Assembly: GCA_021736255.1 (NCBI GenBank)
Contig: JAIPGG010000003.1
Span: forward strand, 7,792-71,791
Length of the DNA stretch: 64,000 nt
Reading direction: 5' to 3'
Origin: Spirochaetales bacterium
Lineage (GTDB): Bacteria; Spirochaetota; Spirochaetia; JAIPGG01
The translations under genes were made by a program, and so were the position numbers. Below the pieces are notes generated by a model. It had not been told where the DNA came from and made no database searches. It saw only the letters and a list, made by a program, of their open reading frames with translations. Shown here piece by piece: positions 18,644 through 29,010 of this stretch (positions within the stretch are counted from its first letter, which is position 1; every line of letters starts with the position of its first letter).

Positions 18644-20668
18644 TCAGCCGTCCAGACGAATACTGATCCTGGTTTCCCACGAATCACCAGCCTCGATTTC
18701 AAGAGGAAACTGTAAAAGAAACGACGTGGCCTGGTAAATCCGTTCCAACTCGTCCATTGAACGGGACACCGAAAAGATAGGAGCTCCGGTCAGCAGAAAT
18801 TCTTTTGAACTATGGACCGATATAATTACATCGTTGGTAAAATCATGCAGCGAGAATTCACTGATTCCATCCTTTTCAAAGGTGTCGTTACCGAGCTCTC
18901 TTTTTTTTCTGTCCACCATCTCGAAAATTCGATGGCTTTCAGGAGCGGCAGAGGCAGCCGAAAGATTAATCTCCGGGGCAAACACTATGTGCCCATGCTC
19001 GGCTCCCTCATTGGTCAAGCGGTAATAGACATGGACGGATGATCGGTTGAAGATATACGTCTTGTATAAAGTGAGGTGAACAGACGTTTCATTGCCGACG
19101 GATTCGTTTAGTTCGTATTTGAGATTTATTTCCTTATGTTCCCGTTTGAAATTTTCTATCTCATACAAGGATTCTGCTGCCGGCACTATTTCATGGAGCT
19201 GCGCTTTTTGCAGAGCATCGGAATCAACCGGTTCTTTCAGAAAATGATCAATAAAGGATTTTCTGGGGTAGTCGTCGTAGCCTTCCCGACGGGCAACACC
19301 ATCATGATAGTTTTCCTCTCGGCGGGTGAGTGAATCTAAATAGTTCCAGCTTACCGGCAGATAATCCAGCTCGAAAAGCATTCCCCCGCGCAGATGAATG
19401 TAAGCGTTTATTTCGTGCCCCTGGTAGAGAAATTCCTTGATACCATCCAAATCGAAGTCAGTGGTAATAACAGAAGGGATAAAAATGCCCTTTTCCCGGG
19501 TTATCTTTTCGGATTCTATCAGAGCCCGGTAGGTCTCTTTCCGCAGACGGTTATGATAGATTCCGCCTTGCTTTCCATGCCAGTAAGCATTGTGGGCCTG
19601 CCCCTTCCAGAGTTCCTCCCGGGCTGACTTCTTTCTTGACTTGTCGCCCCGAATCTGGTTTACCAGAATATTTGTGTATACCATTTTCGAATAAAGAAAA
19701 TTACTGTCAGGATACTTTGTAATGAATTGTTTGAAAAACCCGCCTGTTATGTAGGCCTGCGCTTTTTCGGGATTCGAAATCTCTCGACGAACTTCAAGAA
19801 ACTCTTTTTTACGAGGTGGGTCGAGTGCCCAGTGCATCAATTCTTCGTTGGAGGTACAGGGGAAATAGCATTTCTTTGCCGGATAGTGGCGGCGCAGGTA
19901 TCGTCCGGGATGGATTATCTGAAACCGTTCGGGCTGTTCGGATATTCGAGTAAAAAACCGTTCGAACCATTTTTTCGTATAAAAATACTCATAGGAATCA
20001 TCATTTTTGCCGAAGTGCTCTCCATCCCGAATGAGCGTAATCACGGCATCCGGAATATGCGAGGCAGTCAGGTACAACTGTTCGAGAAACGCCTCGGGAT
20101 CCATTTCGGTCATCTTATTTCGGAAAGAAGATACCGGAAACACTATGACACACTTGCCTTGATCTTCAGTTATCACCGGCCTGAGCAAATCTTCTCCGCT
20201 GAGCCCGGCTCGACGAAAATGGAATTCATCGAGGAAAGTGTATTCGATCCCGCTGTTGCGCAGTGTAAGCGCCAACGAAGGTTCCCAAACTCCTTTGGTT
20301 ATCCAGCTTCCGCGGGGTCTTTTCCCGAAGTGTTTTCTGATAAATGTGGTCAGTGCTTCTATCTGTCCTATACGATCGCTGACGGGTATGACCGGAAAAA
20401 TAGGATTGTAATACCCGCCTCCGAGCAATTCTATTTGCTTTCTATTGATCATTTCGTTCATGAGAATGACCAGTTCAGGATGCTGCTTTTCAAACCACTC
20501 GAGCAGATTCCCCGTGTAGTGCAGTACTACAGGTATATCGGGGAAACCGTACAGTTCGGAGAGATAGGGTTTAAACGCCTGCTGGTAGGCACTCTCGAGC
20601 TGATACTCGAAACTGCCCACCGGCTGACTGTTATGGGTGCCTAAAATGATGCGAACCGGTTTTGACAT
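18644..20668 (-). CDS. glycoside hydrolase family 57 (alpha-amylase / 4-alpha-glucanotransferase-like)
   Basis: 674 aa with a GH57-like N-terminal catalytic region (LGTHNSQPVG, HYTGNLLEWFEKQHPE, WEPSLA) and a long C-terminal beta-rich region. Confidence 0.7.
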   Translation of the reverse strand: MSKPVRIILGTHNSQPVGSFEYQLESAYQQAFKPYLSELYGFPDIPVVLHYTGNLLEWFEKQHPELVILMNEMINRKQIELLGGGYYNPIFPVIPVSDRIGQIEALTTFIRKHFGKRPRGSWITKGVWEPSLALTLRNSGIEYTFLDEFHFRRAGLSGEDLLRPVITEDQGKCVIVFPVSSFRNKMTEMDPEAFLEQLYLTASHIPDAVITLIRDGEHFGKNDDSYEYFYTKKWFERFFTRISEQPERFQIIHPGRYLRRHYPAKKCYFPCTSNEELMHWALDPPRKKEFLEVRREISNPEKAQAYITGGFFKQFITKYPDSNFLYSKMVYTNILVNQIRGDKSRKKSAREELWKGQAHNAYWHGKQGGIYHNRLRKETYRALIESEKITREKGIFIPSVITTDFDLDGIKEFLYQGHEINAYIHLRGGMLFELDYLPVSWNYLDSLTRREENYHDGVARREGYDDYPRKSFIDHFLKEPVDSDALQKAQLHEIVPAAESLYEIENFKREHKEINLKYELNESVGNETSVHLTLYKTYIFNRSSVHVYYRLTNEGAEHGHIVFAPEINLSAASAAPESHRIFEMVDRKKRELGNDTFEKDGISEFSLHDFTNDVIISVHSSKEFLLTGAPIFSVSRSMDELERIYQATSFLLQFPLEIEAGDSWETRISIRLDG

Positions 20669-20676
20669 TCCCTACT

Positions 20677-21513
20677 CTATGATTTTGCTTCTACGACGGC
20701 CTTTTCCTCGACCGGTACCAGAGGGATGATACATTTAGCCGGACATGCTTCGGCTGCTTCCTTTCGGCTTCCGGTCTTGGAGAAGTCGATGCGGGCCAGA
20801 TTATTTTCGACGGTAAAGCCCCCCTCCGGCGATTTCTTCTCACATATTTTACACCCTATGCAGCCAACTTTACAGTATTTTCTTGTAACGGCCGCCTTGT
20901 CCGTGGAATTACAGGCAACGATATAATCTGCTGAATAGGGGATCATTTTCATTACCCCCGTAGGGCATATATCCACACATTTTCGGCAGGATATACAGAG
21001 ATCCCGGTCTACGGTCACCAGACCCTCATCGTCATAGTAGATAGCGTCGGTCGGACATACCTTCATGCAGCTGCCCAGCCCCAGACATCCGAATTTACAG
21101 ACCTTGTTTCCCTCATAGAAGATGTGCAGTGCATTGCAGTCCTCAATACCCTCGTAGTCAAAGGCATATGCGCTTGTTGCGGCATTTCCCCGGCAATGGA
21201 CCTGGGCTACCATCTTTTCCGATGTGGTATCGACTGTTTTCCCCATGATATCCGCGATCGTCTTGAGAGCATCCGCCCCCCCGGGTCCGCACAGGTCCAG
21301 CGGAGCATCTTCTTTTACAATCGCTTCGGCATAGGATGCGCAGCCGGCATAACCGCAGGCACCGCAATTCAGTCCAGGAAGAGCCTCCTCGACCTCGGCT
21401 ACCCGTTCATCTTTTTTTACCGCCAGAATCCGCGAAGCTATCGCCAGCCCCAGGCCGAGCACGCCCCCCAGGGCTGCAACCGAAATAAATGCATAGAGTA
21501 CCGTGGTTCCCAT
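20677..21513 (-). CDS. rnfB: Rnf electron transport complex subunit B
   Basis: N-terminal TM helix, the CGACGYAGC motif and several CxxCxxCxxxCP ferredoxin motifs. It is the last gene of the rnfCDGEAB order. Confidence 0.85.
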   Translation of the reverse strand: MGTTVLYAFISVAALGGVLGLGLAIASRILAVKKDERVAEVEEALPGLNCGACGYAGCASYAEAIVKEDAPLDLCGPGGADALKTIADIMGKTVDTTSEKMVAQVHCRGNAATSAYAFDYEGIEDCNALHIFYEGNKVCKFGCLGLGSCMKVCPTDAIYYDDEGLVTVDRDLCISCRKCVDICPTGVMKMIPYSADYIVACNSTDKAAVTRKYCKVGCIGCKICEKKSPEGGFTVENNLARIDFSKTGSRKEAAEACPAKCIIPLVPVEEKAVVEAKS

Positions 21514-21522
21514 CTTCGTCCC

Positions 21523-22113
21523 CTAACCTACGAGATTATTCAAAAGTGCTTTGTCGAAGGCCATAAAGGCCAGAGCCATGAGGCCGCCGGTAATAAAGGC
21601 AATCGGCGTACCCCGCAGCGGTTTTGGAACCCATTCCCGGTCCATCCGCTCCCTGATCGTCGACATCAGGACAATAGCCAGAAGGAAACCAAGTCCGGCG
21701 GCTATTCCGGCAACAAAGCTCTCGAGGGCACTGTACTCACTGCGGACGGCAATGAGTGCGATACCGAGGACCGCACAGTTCGTTGTTATCAGCGGCAGAT
21801 AGATGCCAAGAGATTTGTACAGAGGGGGAGATGTCTTCTGTATAACCATTTCCACCAGCTGAACCAGGGTAGCAATAACCAGGATGAAGGTAATTGTCTG
21901 CAGAAAAGTGATGTCCAAAGGAGCGAGAATAAAGTTGTAGATTGCCCAGGTGGTAAGGGCGGCAATCGACATAACAAAGGTAACGGCAAATCCCATACCG
22001 ATCGCCGAATCAACATTCTTCGAGACTCCGATAAAGGGACAGAGGCCGAGAAATTGACTGAGAATGAAATTGTTTACGAACACAAACATGATAATGATGC
22101 CGATATATGTCAT
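21523..22113 (-). CDS. rnfA: Rnf electron transport complex subunit A
   Basis: 196-aa polytopic protein with FVNNFILSQFLGLCPFIGVS. Confidence 0.9.
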   Translation of the reverse strand: MTYIGIIIMFVFVNNFILSQFLGLCPFIGVSKNVDSAIGMGFAVTFVMSIAALTTWAIYNFILAPLDITFLQTITFILVIATLVQLVEMVIQKTSPPLYKSLGIYLPLITTNCAVLGIALIAVRSEYSALESFVAGIAAGLGFLLAIVLMSTIRERMDREWVPKPLRGTPIAFITGGLMALAFMAFDKALLNNLVG

Positions 22114-22742
22114 GCCCGGACCCCCTTTCTGCGCATTTCCAGCCAGTTGAAAAAGGCTTTCAGATATCCCATCACCAGCAGAGCGCCTGCCGCCAAGGCA
22201 AGAACCATCACCGGCGCATCCACGAGACCGGGTATCCGGATGACCCCGTCGAAGCTGCCCATGGGAAAGATGGTTATGGTACCGGCCCCGAAGACCTCAC
22301 GGACCAGCGCGATAAGCACCAGGCCCAGCGTGAATCCGATCCCCATTCCCAGGGCATCCAGTATGGACCGACCGATATTATTTCTGTTCGCAAAGGCCTC
22401 CGCCCTCCCGAGAATGGCGCAATTGACAACGATCAATTTGACGAAAACGCCGAGACTGTCCGAAAGAGTCGGGAGATAGGCCTGAAGAACAAGATCTACA
22501 ATCGTTACGAAGGAGGCGATTATCACGATATATGAGGGAATACGCACCTTCTCCGGAATAAAGTTCTTTAAAAGGGAGACAAAAATATTCGAGCCCAACA
22601 GTACAAAGATTACTCCGGCCCCCATTCCCAGGGCATTTACGACCTGATTCGACACGGCCAATGCCGGACACAGTCCGAGTAAAATTACGAATATCGGGTT
22701 TTCCTTGAACAGGCCTTTCGAGAAATCCTGAAACGCCGTCAT
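22110..22742 (-). CDS. rnfE: Rnf electron transport complex subunit E
   Basis: 210-aa polytopic protein with NPIFVILLGLCPALAVS. It has a 4-nt overlap with rnfA. Confidence 0.9.
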   Translation of the reverse strand: MTAFQDFSKGLFKENPIFVILLGLCPALAVSNQVVNALGMGAGVIFVLLGSNIFVSLLKNFIPEKVRIPSYIVIIASFVTIVDLVLQAYLPTLSDSLGVFVKLIVVNCAILGRAEAFANRNNIGRSILDALGMGIGFTLGLVLIALVREVFGAGTITIFPMGSFDGVIRIPGLVDAPVMVLALAAGALLVMGYLKAFFNWLEMRRKGVRA

Positions 22743-23296
22743 GGCAGCTGCTCCTTCACATACTCCGACCCCTCGGATAGGGCGGTTCCAATTCCCCGAA
22801 AGGTAATGGTCGCGCCGGTTACCGCATCGGCCTCCTCCCGGGACAGATCGTCTTTACGGAAAGGTACCGGAGTATCAACACCGGTACCGATATACTTCTC
22901 CATGTACTCGGGATTCTCGGCCTTCTTCCCCAAACCAGGTGTCTCTTCGTTCTCCATGAGAACAACCGACTCCACCCTCCCATTGGGAGAAAAGGCGGCA
23001 AGCAGTTTCATTTCTCCGCCGTATCCGATACTCAGCAGGTCCAGTATGTAGGCATGCGGTTCGCCCTTTTCATCCGAAACGGGATAAAACCCCTGCACAA
23101 CCGGATGCTGTTCGACAACCTGTTTGTCACCGATGGTCCCGGATTCAACAAGCGAAGAGAGGGCTTCCTGGAGTTCCCGAGCCTTGCGTTCCTTGATCAC
23201 CGGCGCGGTAACCGAGTTTACCGCGCCGAGAGCCAGGGCCGCCGCAGCGGCAATGACGGCGAGCCTGAGGGCGATTCCTGCGATACCGAGCTTCAT
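22739..23296 (-). CDS. rnfG: Rnf electron transport complex subunit G (FMN-binding)
   Basis: N-terminal TM helix and the FMN_bind signature DAVTGATITFRG. Confidence 0.85.
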   Translation of the reverse strand: MKLGIAGIALRLAVIAAAAALALGAVNSVTAPVIKERKARELQEALSSLVESGTIGDKQVVEQHPVVQGFYPVSDEKGEPHAYILDLLSIGYGGEMKLLAAFSPNGRVESVVLMENEETPGLGKKAENPEYMEKYIGTGVDTPVPFRKDDLSREEADAVTGATITFRGIGTALSEGSEYVKEQLP

Positions 23297-24384
23297 GATG
23301 CCGCCTCCTTCCCCTTCTGTTCGAGGGTCCCGAACCGTACCGGCTTGACCGCCCGGTTGATCATCGGAACAAAGACATTCATCACAATAATGGCAAGAGA
23401 AACGCCTTCCGGGAAGGAACCGAAAAACCGTATCATAAATGTCAGAAAACCGGCGCCCAATCCGAAGATAATCATCCCCTTCGGCGTCAGGGGGCTGGTC
23501 ACCATATCGGTAGCCATAAAAAGAACGCCGAGCATCAAACCGCCCGAGAGCAGATGAAACAGAACATCACCGCTGAACAGACCCAGCCCGAAACGGGTTC
23601 CACCGAATACCCACACCAGCAGAGCGAAGCTCCCGAAGTAAGTCAGCGGTATCTCCCAGGTAATGACCTTGCGGAGAAAAAGATATGCCGCTCCGATAAT
23701 CAGGAGCAGGGCGGAAACCTCTCCAATACAGCCTGGGACCCTGCCGAAAAAGAGATCAGCATAAGAGACATCCAACGGCATGAGTCCGTCCCTGGAAATA
23801 AACTCCAGGGGCCCGCTCACCGTTCCGCTGAAATCAAAGAGTCCGGACTGCACCGCGCCGAGCACGGTTGGACCGGTAACCGAATCGACTCCCTGGGCCG
23901 ACCAGGCCATGGGAAGTTTCCATCTGGTCATTGCTCCGGTCCAGGAGAAAAAGACAAAAACCCGGCCTGCAAGCGCAGGGTTCATCCAATTCGAGCCGAG
24001 GCCTCCGAAAGACCACTTGACCACGGCGATTGCAAAGGCCGAAGCAACAATCGGGATATAAAGGGGAACCGAAGGGGGCATATTGAACCCGATCAACAAT
24101 CCGGTCAAAAAGGCACTGCCGTCGGTAACGGTGGACGGTTTCGTCCCAAGAGTGAGCAGCCACTCAACGCCCACCGCAGAGACAATACTGAGGACCAATG
24201 TCAACAGGGCGGGAATACCAAAGATATAGACACCCCAGACCGCCGCAGGAATCAGGGCAATAATGACATCGATCATGATTCGTGTCGTTTTACTGCGGTC
24301 ATGTATCTGTGGAGAACTGGATACTATCAGATTCTGCGCTGCCGGTTTTTGCGCCGTTTTTTCAGCTGTTTCCGTGGTACTCAT
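23293..24384 (-). CDS. rnfD: Rnf electron transport complex subunit D
   Basis: Polytopic NqrB/RnfD-like protein. The ATG at 24384 (MSTTETAEK) forms an ATGA overlap with the rnfC stop. The longer ORF-track start would overlap rnfC by 100 nt. Confidence 0.85.
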   Translation of the reverse strand: MSTTETAEKTAQKPAAQNLIVSSSPQIHDRSKTTRIMIDVIIALIPAAVWGVYIFGIPALLTLVLSIVSAVGVEWLLTLGTKPSTVTDGSAFLTGLLIGFNMPPSVPLYIPIVASAFAIAVVKWSFGGLGSNWMNPALAGRVFVFFSWTGAMTRWKLPMAWSAQGVDSVTGPTVLGAVQSGLFDFSGTVSGPLEFISRDGLMPLDVSYADLFFGRVPGCIGEVSALLLIIGAAYLFLRKVITWEIPLTYFGSFALLVWVFGGTRFGLGLFSGDVLFHLLSGGLMLGVLFMATDMVTSPLTPKGMIIFGLGAGFLTFMIRFFGSFPEGVSLAIIVMNVFVPMINRAVKPVRFGTLEQKGKEAAS

Positions 24385-25703
24385 GATGCTTCCTTCCGAC
24401 GCCGTGCAAGACGTTTGCCCAGTTTCATCCCCTGTACAAGAGGGATGTGAGCGGGGCAGACAAAACCGCAGCTCCCGCACTCCCTGCAGTCGTTGAGTCC
24501 CTCCTCGAGGGCGGCGTCAATATCGTTGTGGTCGACACACTTGTATAACAATGTCGGGCTGAGGCCGACAGGACATACTCGTATACAGCGGCCGCAGCGA
24601 ATGCATGAGGTCGTCTGCGTTTCCCGGATCTCTTTTGCCGTCAGTGCCAGTAACCCGGAGGTTCCCTTTATTACCGGGGTGGTCTCAGGGTCAAAAACGG
24701 TGAAACCCGTCATCGGTCCACCGGCTACGATCTTTACGGTATTCCCGCTGGTTCCTCCGGCCTCTTCGATAAGATGAGAAAAGGGGGTTCCTATGGGGGC
24801 AAGGTAATTTCCCGGATTTTCAATACCGTTTCCACTCACGGTAACAACGCGATGAGTAAGGGGCTTTGAAAGCTCAACAGCCTCGTATATTGCATTGAGT
24901 GTACCGACATTTGATACCACGGTTCCCACGGCAATGGGCAGGCCGCCGGAGGGAACTTCCCTGCCGGTGATCGCCTGGATGACCATTTTTTCATCACCCT
25001 GGGGATAACGGAGTTTGAGAGGTACGACCTCAATAGGAATGGAGGCACCGGCGGCGGCAGCGCTCATTGCCTCTATCGCGTCGGGTTTGTTGTTCTCGAT
25101 GGCTATATAGACATGATCCGGCCCGAGGATTTCGGCGGCAATTTCAATGCCTTTGACAATTTCACTGCTTTTTTCGAGCATTAAGCGATGATCGGCGGTA
25201 AGATAAGGTTCGCATTCAACCCCGTTTGCTATAAAAAACTCAGCCTTCGATCCCTTTGGAATGGAATATTTGACGTGGGTGGGAAAGGTTGCTCCCCCCA
25301 TTCCGACAATTCCCATAGCCGCTATTCGGTCGATAAGTTCTTTTGCGTCGGTCGAACTCGGGTTCAAGGCAGCCTCTTCCCCTTCGGGAGCAGCAGGTAG
25401 TAATTCGACGGCCTGAGTTTTTGCACCGTTCGGGAGATATATCGACCGCATTTCTCCAATCGTCCCTCCGACCGGCGCATGAATGGGGGATGAAACAAAG
25501 CCACCGGCCTCCGCCAGAATATCACCAGCGGCTACTTCCGCTTCCTTTTCAACCTTTAGCGTCGGCGGTGCACCAATATGCTGCTGGAGGGGAATTATGA
25601 GTTTTTCGGGGAGCCGCAGACTTTGAATTGCTTCGGAACTGGCGAGTTCCTTTCTATCGTGCGGATGAACCCCTCCCTTTGCAAATGTTTTTAATCCTTT
25701 CAT
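24381..25703 (-). CDS. rnfC: Rnf electron transport complex subunit C
   Basis: NADH/FMN-binding GMGGATFPTH and two 4Fe-4S motifs, CIRCGRCIRVCP and CRECGSCGFVCP. Confidence 0.9.
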   Translation of the reverse strand: MKGLKTFAKGGVHPHDRKELASSEAIQSLRLPEKLIIPLQQHIGAPPTLKVEKEAEVAAGDILAEAGGFVSSPIHAPVGGTIGEMRSIYLPNGAKTQAVELLPAAPEGEEAALNPSSTDAKELIDRIAAMGIVGMGGATFPTHVKYSIPKGSKAEFFIANGVECEPYLTADHRLMLEKSSEIVKGIEIAAEILGPDHVYIAIENNKPDAIEAMSAAAAGASIPIEVVPLKLRYPQGDEKMVIQAITGREVPSGGLPIAVGTVVSNVGTLNAIYEAVELSKPLTHRVVTVSGNGIENPGNYLAPIGTPFSHLIEEAGGTSGNTVKIVAGGPMTGFTVFDPETTPVIKGTSGLLALTAKEIRETQTTSCIRCGRCIRVCPVGLSPTLLYKCVDHNDIDAALEEGLNDCRECGSCGFVCPAHIPLVQGMKLGKRLARRRKEAS

Positions 25704-27241
25704 GCTTCCTGCCGTTTTCTCCTGTATGAATATTGCACTTTCATCAACCTGATTCCCGAAATCTGAATATACTCGAGCATCATCGGGGAAAACATCAGAA
25801 GGCAGATCAATAAATCTAAAAAAATCCTTCCCGAACCCACAGATATAGCCCGCAGCTCGACACGAACCAAGCCATCCTGAGCAGTCAGGAGATGAACAAT
25901 GCTTTCTTCCGATACTTCACGCATAATACCAGCAAACCAGGAATCCGTAAATGCCAGGACGGGAATTTTCATCTCCCGGGTAACCCCGTTTTCAGTTTTA
26001 TAACCCGGGATATGTACTACGGTTCCTTCTTCCGGAACAGCAAAAGGAATACGGTAAGGAAACCCTTCCTGATATGCACGATGGGCGGTATAGTCTGCTA
26101 GATTCGGCAGAAAAACGTTCTTTCCTTTCTCTGTTTCGAGCTTTCTGAACCTTTCCATTTCCTGAAGTCCCTGGGGACTGACCATACTGCGAAATGCAAC
26201 CGGTTGAGGAAAGGGTTGCGAAAAACTGCCCGCCAAACGTTGAACCCCTCCATGGAGAAGGACGACAAAAAGAACGATTCCCATTACCAACGGAAACCTG
26301 ACTGCCTGTTTCTGCCGCCGGGCGGAGAATATCGAAACTGGAACGAACCTCCGGTGAACCCAACCGCGGCTTCTCCAGAGCTTCAAAGCTGCGGGAAATA
26401 CCGCCCCGGCAATCGAGCCTGCAATGGGAATAAGGTACGCGGCAGCGAGCGGCGGCCCGGCGTTTCGCAGGAAAAAGCTCAACGCCGGCAGAAGAGCAGC
26501 AACAAGAAACACTGCCGCAAACCTGCGATCCGAATTATCCGACAAGAGAGGGAGGCGGTAGTGAAGAAACTGCTCAAACCGAGTTTGCCGGCTGTAGACC
26601 ACCAGAGCAACAAGCACATAGCCTCCCAGGTAAACACCCGGCGGAATAGCAGGCAGGAAAAAAACAGCTGCAAACCAGGGAAGAGAAGCAAAAACCAGAG
26701 AAAACCGGGCTTTTCCCGACAGGAAGATGAAAACCGCCACCAGGGCAGCCAAAAAAATGAGCTTGCCCCAGCGCAGAAAACCTGCCGAATCCGGAAGCCG
26801 CCAACTGTCTTTCATAGGTCCAAGGCTTCGTCTTAAATCGACCCATAAAGAAGAGATTGAACGGTCATGTGGAAGGTAATAGAGACGAAAGTCCTGTTTC
26901 TCTATCTGTACATGAAACAAGGAACCGAGATTTCGCAGATATGGATCAAAACGAGGGTCGAAGGATTCGAGACGGCTGCCGAGCTCGGTAAAAGGGATTT
27001 CCTTCGTACCGTTGAAACTGCTGATTCTAACGGATTGGCTTTGCTCAGAGATCACCCCCGTCAGACCGATTTCCGCCAGAGCATCCGTTACCCGTTGGTG
27101 GGAAAGCTCTTTTTGGACTGCTAGTGGTGTATACCCTTTCCAACCGCTTGCCCCGGTTTCTTCAGCTGAGAAATCGAAAGGTAAGACCACAGAAAGAAGG
27201 AGTATAGACAGACTTGCCAGACTCAGCAGAGCGACGCGCAT
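25700..27241 (-). CDS. polytopic membrane protein of unknown function
   Basis: Signal-like start MRVALLSLASLSILLL (ATG at 27241), a central block of about 6 TM helices and two soluble domains. Its stop forms an ATGA overlap with the rnfC start. I recognised no family. Confidence 0.5.
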   Translation of the reverse strand: MRVALLSLASLSILLLSVVLPFDFSAEETGASGWKGYTPLAVQKELSHQRVTDALAEIGLTGVISEQSQSVRISSFNGTKEIPFTELGSRLESFDPRFDPYLRNLGSLFHVQIEKQDFRLYYLPHDRSISSLWVDLRRSLGPMKDSWRLPDSAGFLRWGKLIFLAALVAVFIFLSGKARFSLVFASLPWFAAVFFLPAIPPGVYLGGYVLVALVVYSRQTRFEQFLHYRLPLLSDNSDRRFAAVFLVAALLPALSFFLRNAGPPLAAAYLIPIAGSIAGAVFPAALKLWRSRGWVHRRFVPVSIFSARRQKQAVRFPLVMGIVLFVVLLHGGVQRLAGSFSQPFPQPVAFRSMVSPQGLQEMERFRKLETEKGKNVFLPNLADYTAHRAYQEGFPYRIPFAVPEEGTVVHIPGYKTENGVTREMKIPVLAFTDSWFAGIMREVSEESIVHLLTAQDGLVRVELRAISVGSGRIFLDLLICLLMFSPMMLEYIQISGIRLMKVQYSYRRKRQEA

Positions 27242-27266
27242 GATCAGAATACACTCACTCAATCCC

Positions 27267-27746
27267 TCACGACAGATAAACTGCCAGGGCTGTGGCGAAG
27301 CCGAGGCCTATGCCTACCAGAACCTCCATAGCGTTGTGCCCATGGACCTCCTTTACCGGCTCCCATTCAATGTTAAAATCTTTCTGCAAACGGCGGCCCA
27401 GCTGATTGAGCGATCGTGCCTGAGCCCCGGCTGCTCTCCGAACACCGAGAGAGTCACGTACAATCAAAAGCCCGTAAAACACCATTACGATAAACAGGGG
27501 GTGATCAACCCCCAAACCCAATCCGAGAGAGGTTGCTATTCCGGTGACCAATGCAGAGTGACTGCTGGGCATTCCGCCTGTAGTCCAGAAAAGTGTTATG
27601 AAAATTTTCTGTGAATATTTATGTTTCCTGGAAAAAAAGAAAATGAGGGTTTTTATGAACTGGGCCGCAAACCAGCTAAAAAAAGCGGAAAGGAAGAACG
27701 GGCTTACTATGAGCTGATGGAGCGATGTGCTGTCAACCGTATCCAT
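27267..27746 (-). CDS. divergent PAP2 family protein (DUF212, acid phosphatase/haloperoxidase-related)
   Basis: GGMPSSHSALV motif and VRDSLGVRRAAG. I chose the ATG at 27746 (MDTVDST), because the upstream extension in the ORF track is Arg/Cys-rich junk. Confidence 0.8.
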   Translation of the reverse strand: MDTVDSTSLHQLIVSPFFLSAFFSWFAAQFIKTLIFFFSRKHKYSQKIFITLFWTTGGMPSSHSALVTGIATSLGLGLGVDHPLFIVMVFYGLLIVRDSLGVRRAAGAQARSLNQLGRRLQKDFNIEWEPVKEVHGHNAMEVLVGIGLGFATALAVYLS

Positions 27747-27779
27747 TATACCGGTTAGTTTCTCTGCAGTTCTCTCCTT

Positions 27780-27809
27780 TGTCAAGGACAGGATCGGTTT
27801 TCCTTGACA
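27780..27809. repeat. 9-bp inverted repeat TGTCAAGGA-N12-TCCTTGACA in a divergent promoter region
   Basis: Read directly. The arms are 27780-27788 and 27801-27809. It lies between the DUF212 start (27746) and the pseudouridine synthase start (27886). Confidence 0.4.
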
Positions 27810-27885
27810 CTTCAGAAGTGTGTTCCTAGAATCAATAAGGTTTATGAAACAAAGAACAGAGACTGCATAACTGCAGTTCACAGAG

Positions 27886-28989
27886 ATGGGGAAAAAAAAC
27901 CAACAGCTGCATCTAACTGCCGGAGAGAACGATGCTGGCCGCCGTCTGGACCGGATCCTCCGCCGGTATCTCGACACGCTTCCTCTCAGTGCCGTTTACC
28001 GCCTGATACGCAGGGGAGATATTCGGGTCAACGGGAATCGGATCAAGAGCTCCTACCGCCTGCACAGGGGTGACACAATCGGTATCTCTGGACTCCCGCC
28101 GCAGGAAGCCGCATCTCTGCAGACTTCAGACAACCAAACGGAGGGGCAACCTTCCCCCTCCCCGTCTCTTTCCGAAGCTGAACAGCTCGACCGGAAAAGG
28201 ATTCTCTTCGAATCGCCGAATATTATTGCCGTCAACAAACCCCGCGGCATCCCCGTTCATGGAAATGGGGGGCTCGACCGTATGGTAGCCGCCTATCTTT
28301 CAAAGGTTCTCGAGGCATCCATCGGTTTCCGCCCAGGACCCCTCCACCGCCTCGACCGGAACACCTCGGGGGTGATCCTTTTTTCCCGCAGTATCGAAGG
28401 GGCCCGGCGAGCTAGTGAACTCTTTCGTTCCGGCGGCTTTATTAAGCGGTATATCGGCCTCGCAGAGGGTCGATGCGGGAAACATGAGTTCTGGGAAGAC
28501 CGTATCGAACGTTCCGGAGAGCGGCGAACCAGCCGGGTACTCCCGGACCACATTGCCGATACGCCGGCGGGAGGCCCTCTTTCAGCTGATGTTCCCTCTG
28601 ATTCCGGCGGAAAGGGCCGAATAGCCCGAACAAGCGTGCGCACTCTGGTTTCCGGGGAATTTTCCGGAAAAAAATACAGCCTGCTCGAATACACGATTGA
28701 AACGGGCTTGACCCACCAGATCAGGGTTCAGAGTTCGGCTCATGCCCTTCCCCTGGCGGAAGACCGAAAGTACGGAGGCAATCCGCTGCCTCATCACAAG
28801 GGGTCCCCTGCTGCAGGGGGAAAGACCGGCTATTTTCTTCATGCCCTCAAACTATCGCTTTCGGTGGAGGAACCTGTCCTCGGATTCCGTTCACTAACCG
28901 CCCCCATACCGGCTGATTTTCAGAAGATCTTAACTCGTTTATTCAAACTGCGGGATTTGGAGCAGGCTGGATTTCCCTTTTTTTCATAA
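27886..28989 (+). CDS. RluA-family pseudouridine synthase with N-terminal S4 domain
   Basis: S4-like RLDRILRRYL..VYRLIRRGDIRVNG and the catalytic HRLDRNTSGVILFSRS. Confidence 0.85.
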   Translation: MGKKNQQLHLTAGENDAGRRLDRILRRYLDTLPLSAVYRLIRRGDIRVNGNRIKSSYRLHRGDTIGISGLPPQEAASLQTSDNQTEGQPSPSPSLSEAEQLDRKRILFESPNIIAVNKPRGIPVHGNGGLDRMVAAYLSKVLEASIGFRPGPLHRLDRNTSGVILFSRSIEGARRASELFRSGGFIKRYIGLAEGRCGKHEFWEDRIERSGERRTSRVLPDHIADTPAGGPLSADVPSDSGGKGRIARTSVRTLVSGEFSGKKYSLLEYTIETGLTHQIRVQSSAHALPLAEDRKYGGNPLPHHKGSPAAGGKTGYFLHALKLSLSVEEPVLGFRSLTAPIPADFQKILTRLFKLRDLEQAGFPFFS

Positions 28990-29010
28990 ATCTCATATAC
29001 TTGTATCGAT

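Noticed and set aside
21124-22479. A 451-aa plus-strand ORF antisense to rnfB/rnfA/rnfE.
   Set aside because: It is entirely overlapped by strongly recognisable Rnf genes on the other strand. Its translation is Arg/Gly/Pro/Gln-rich low-complexity with no motifs, which is the typical antisense shadow of a codon-biased gene.
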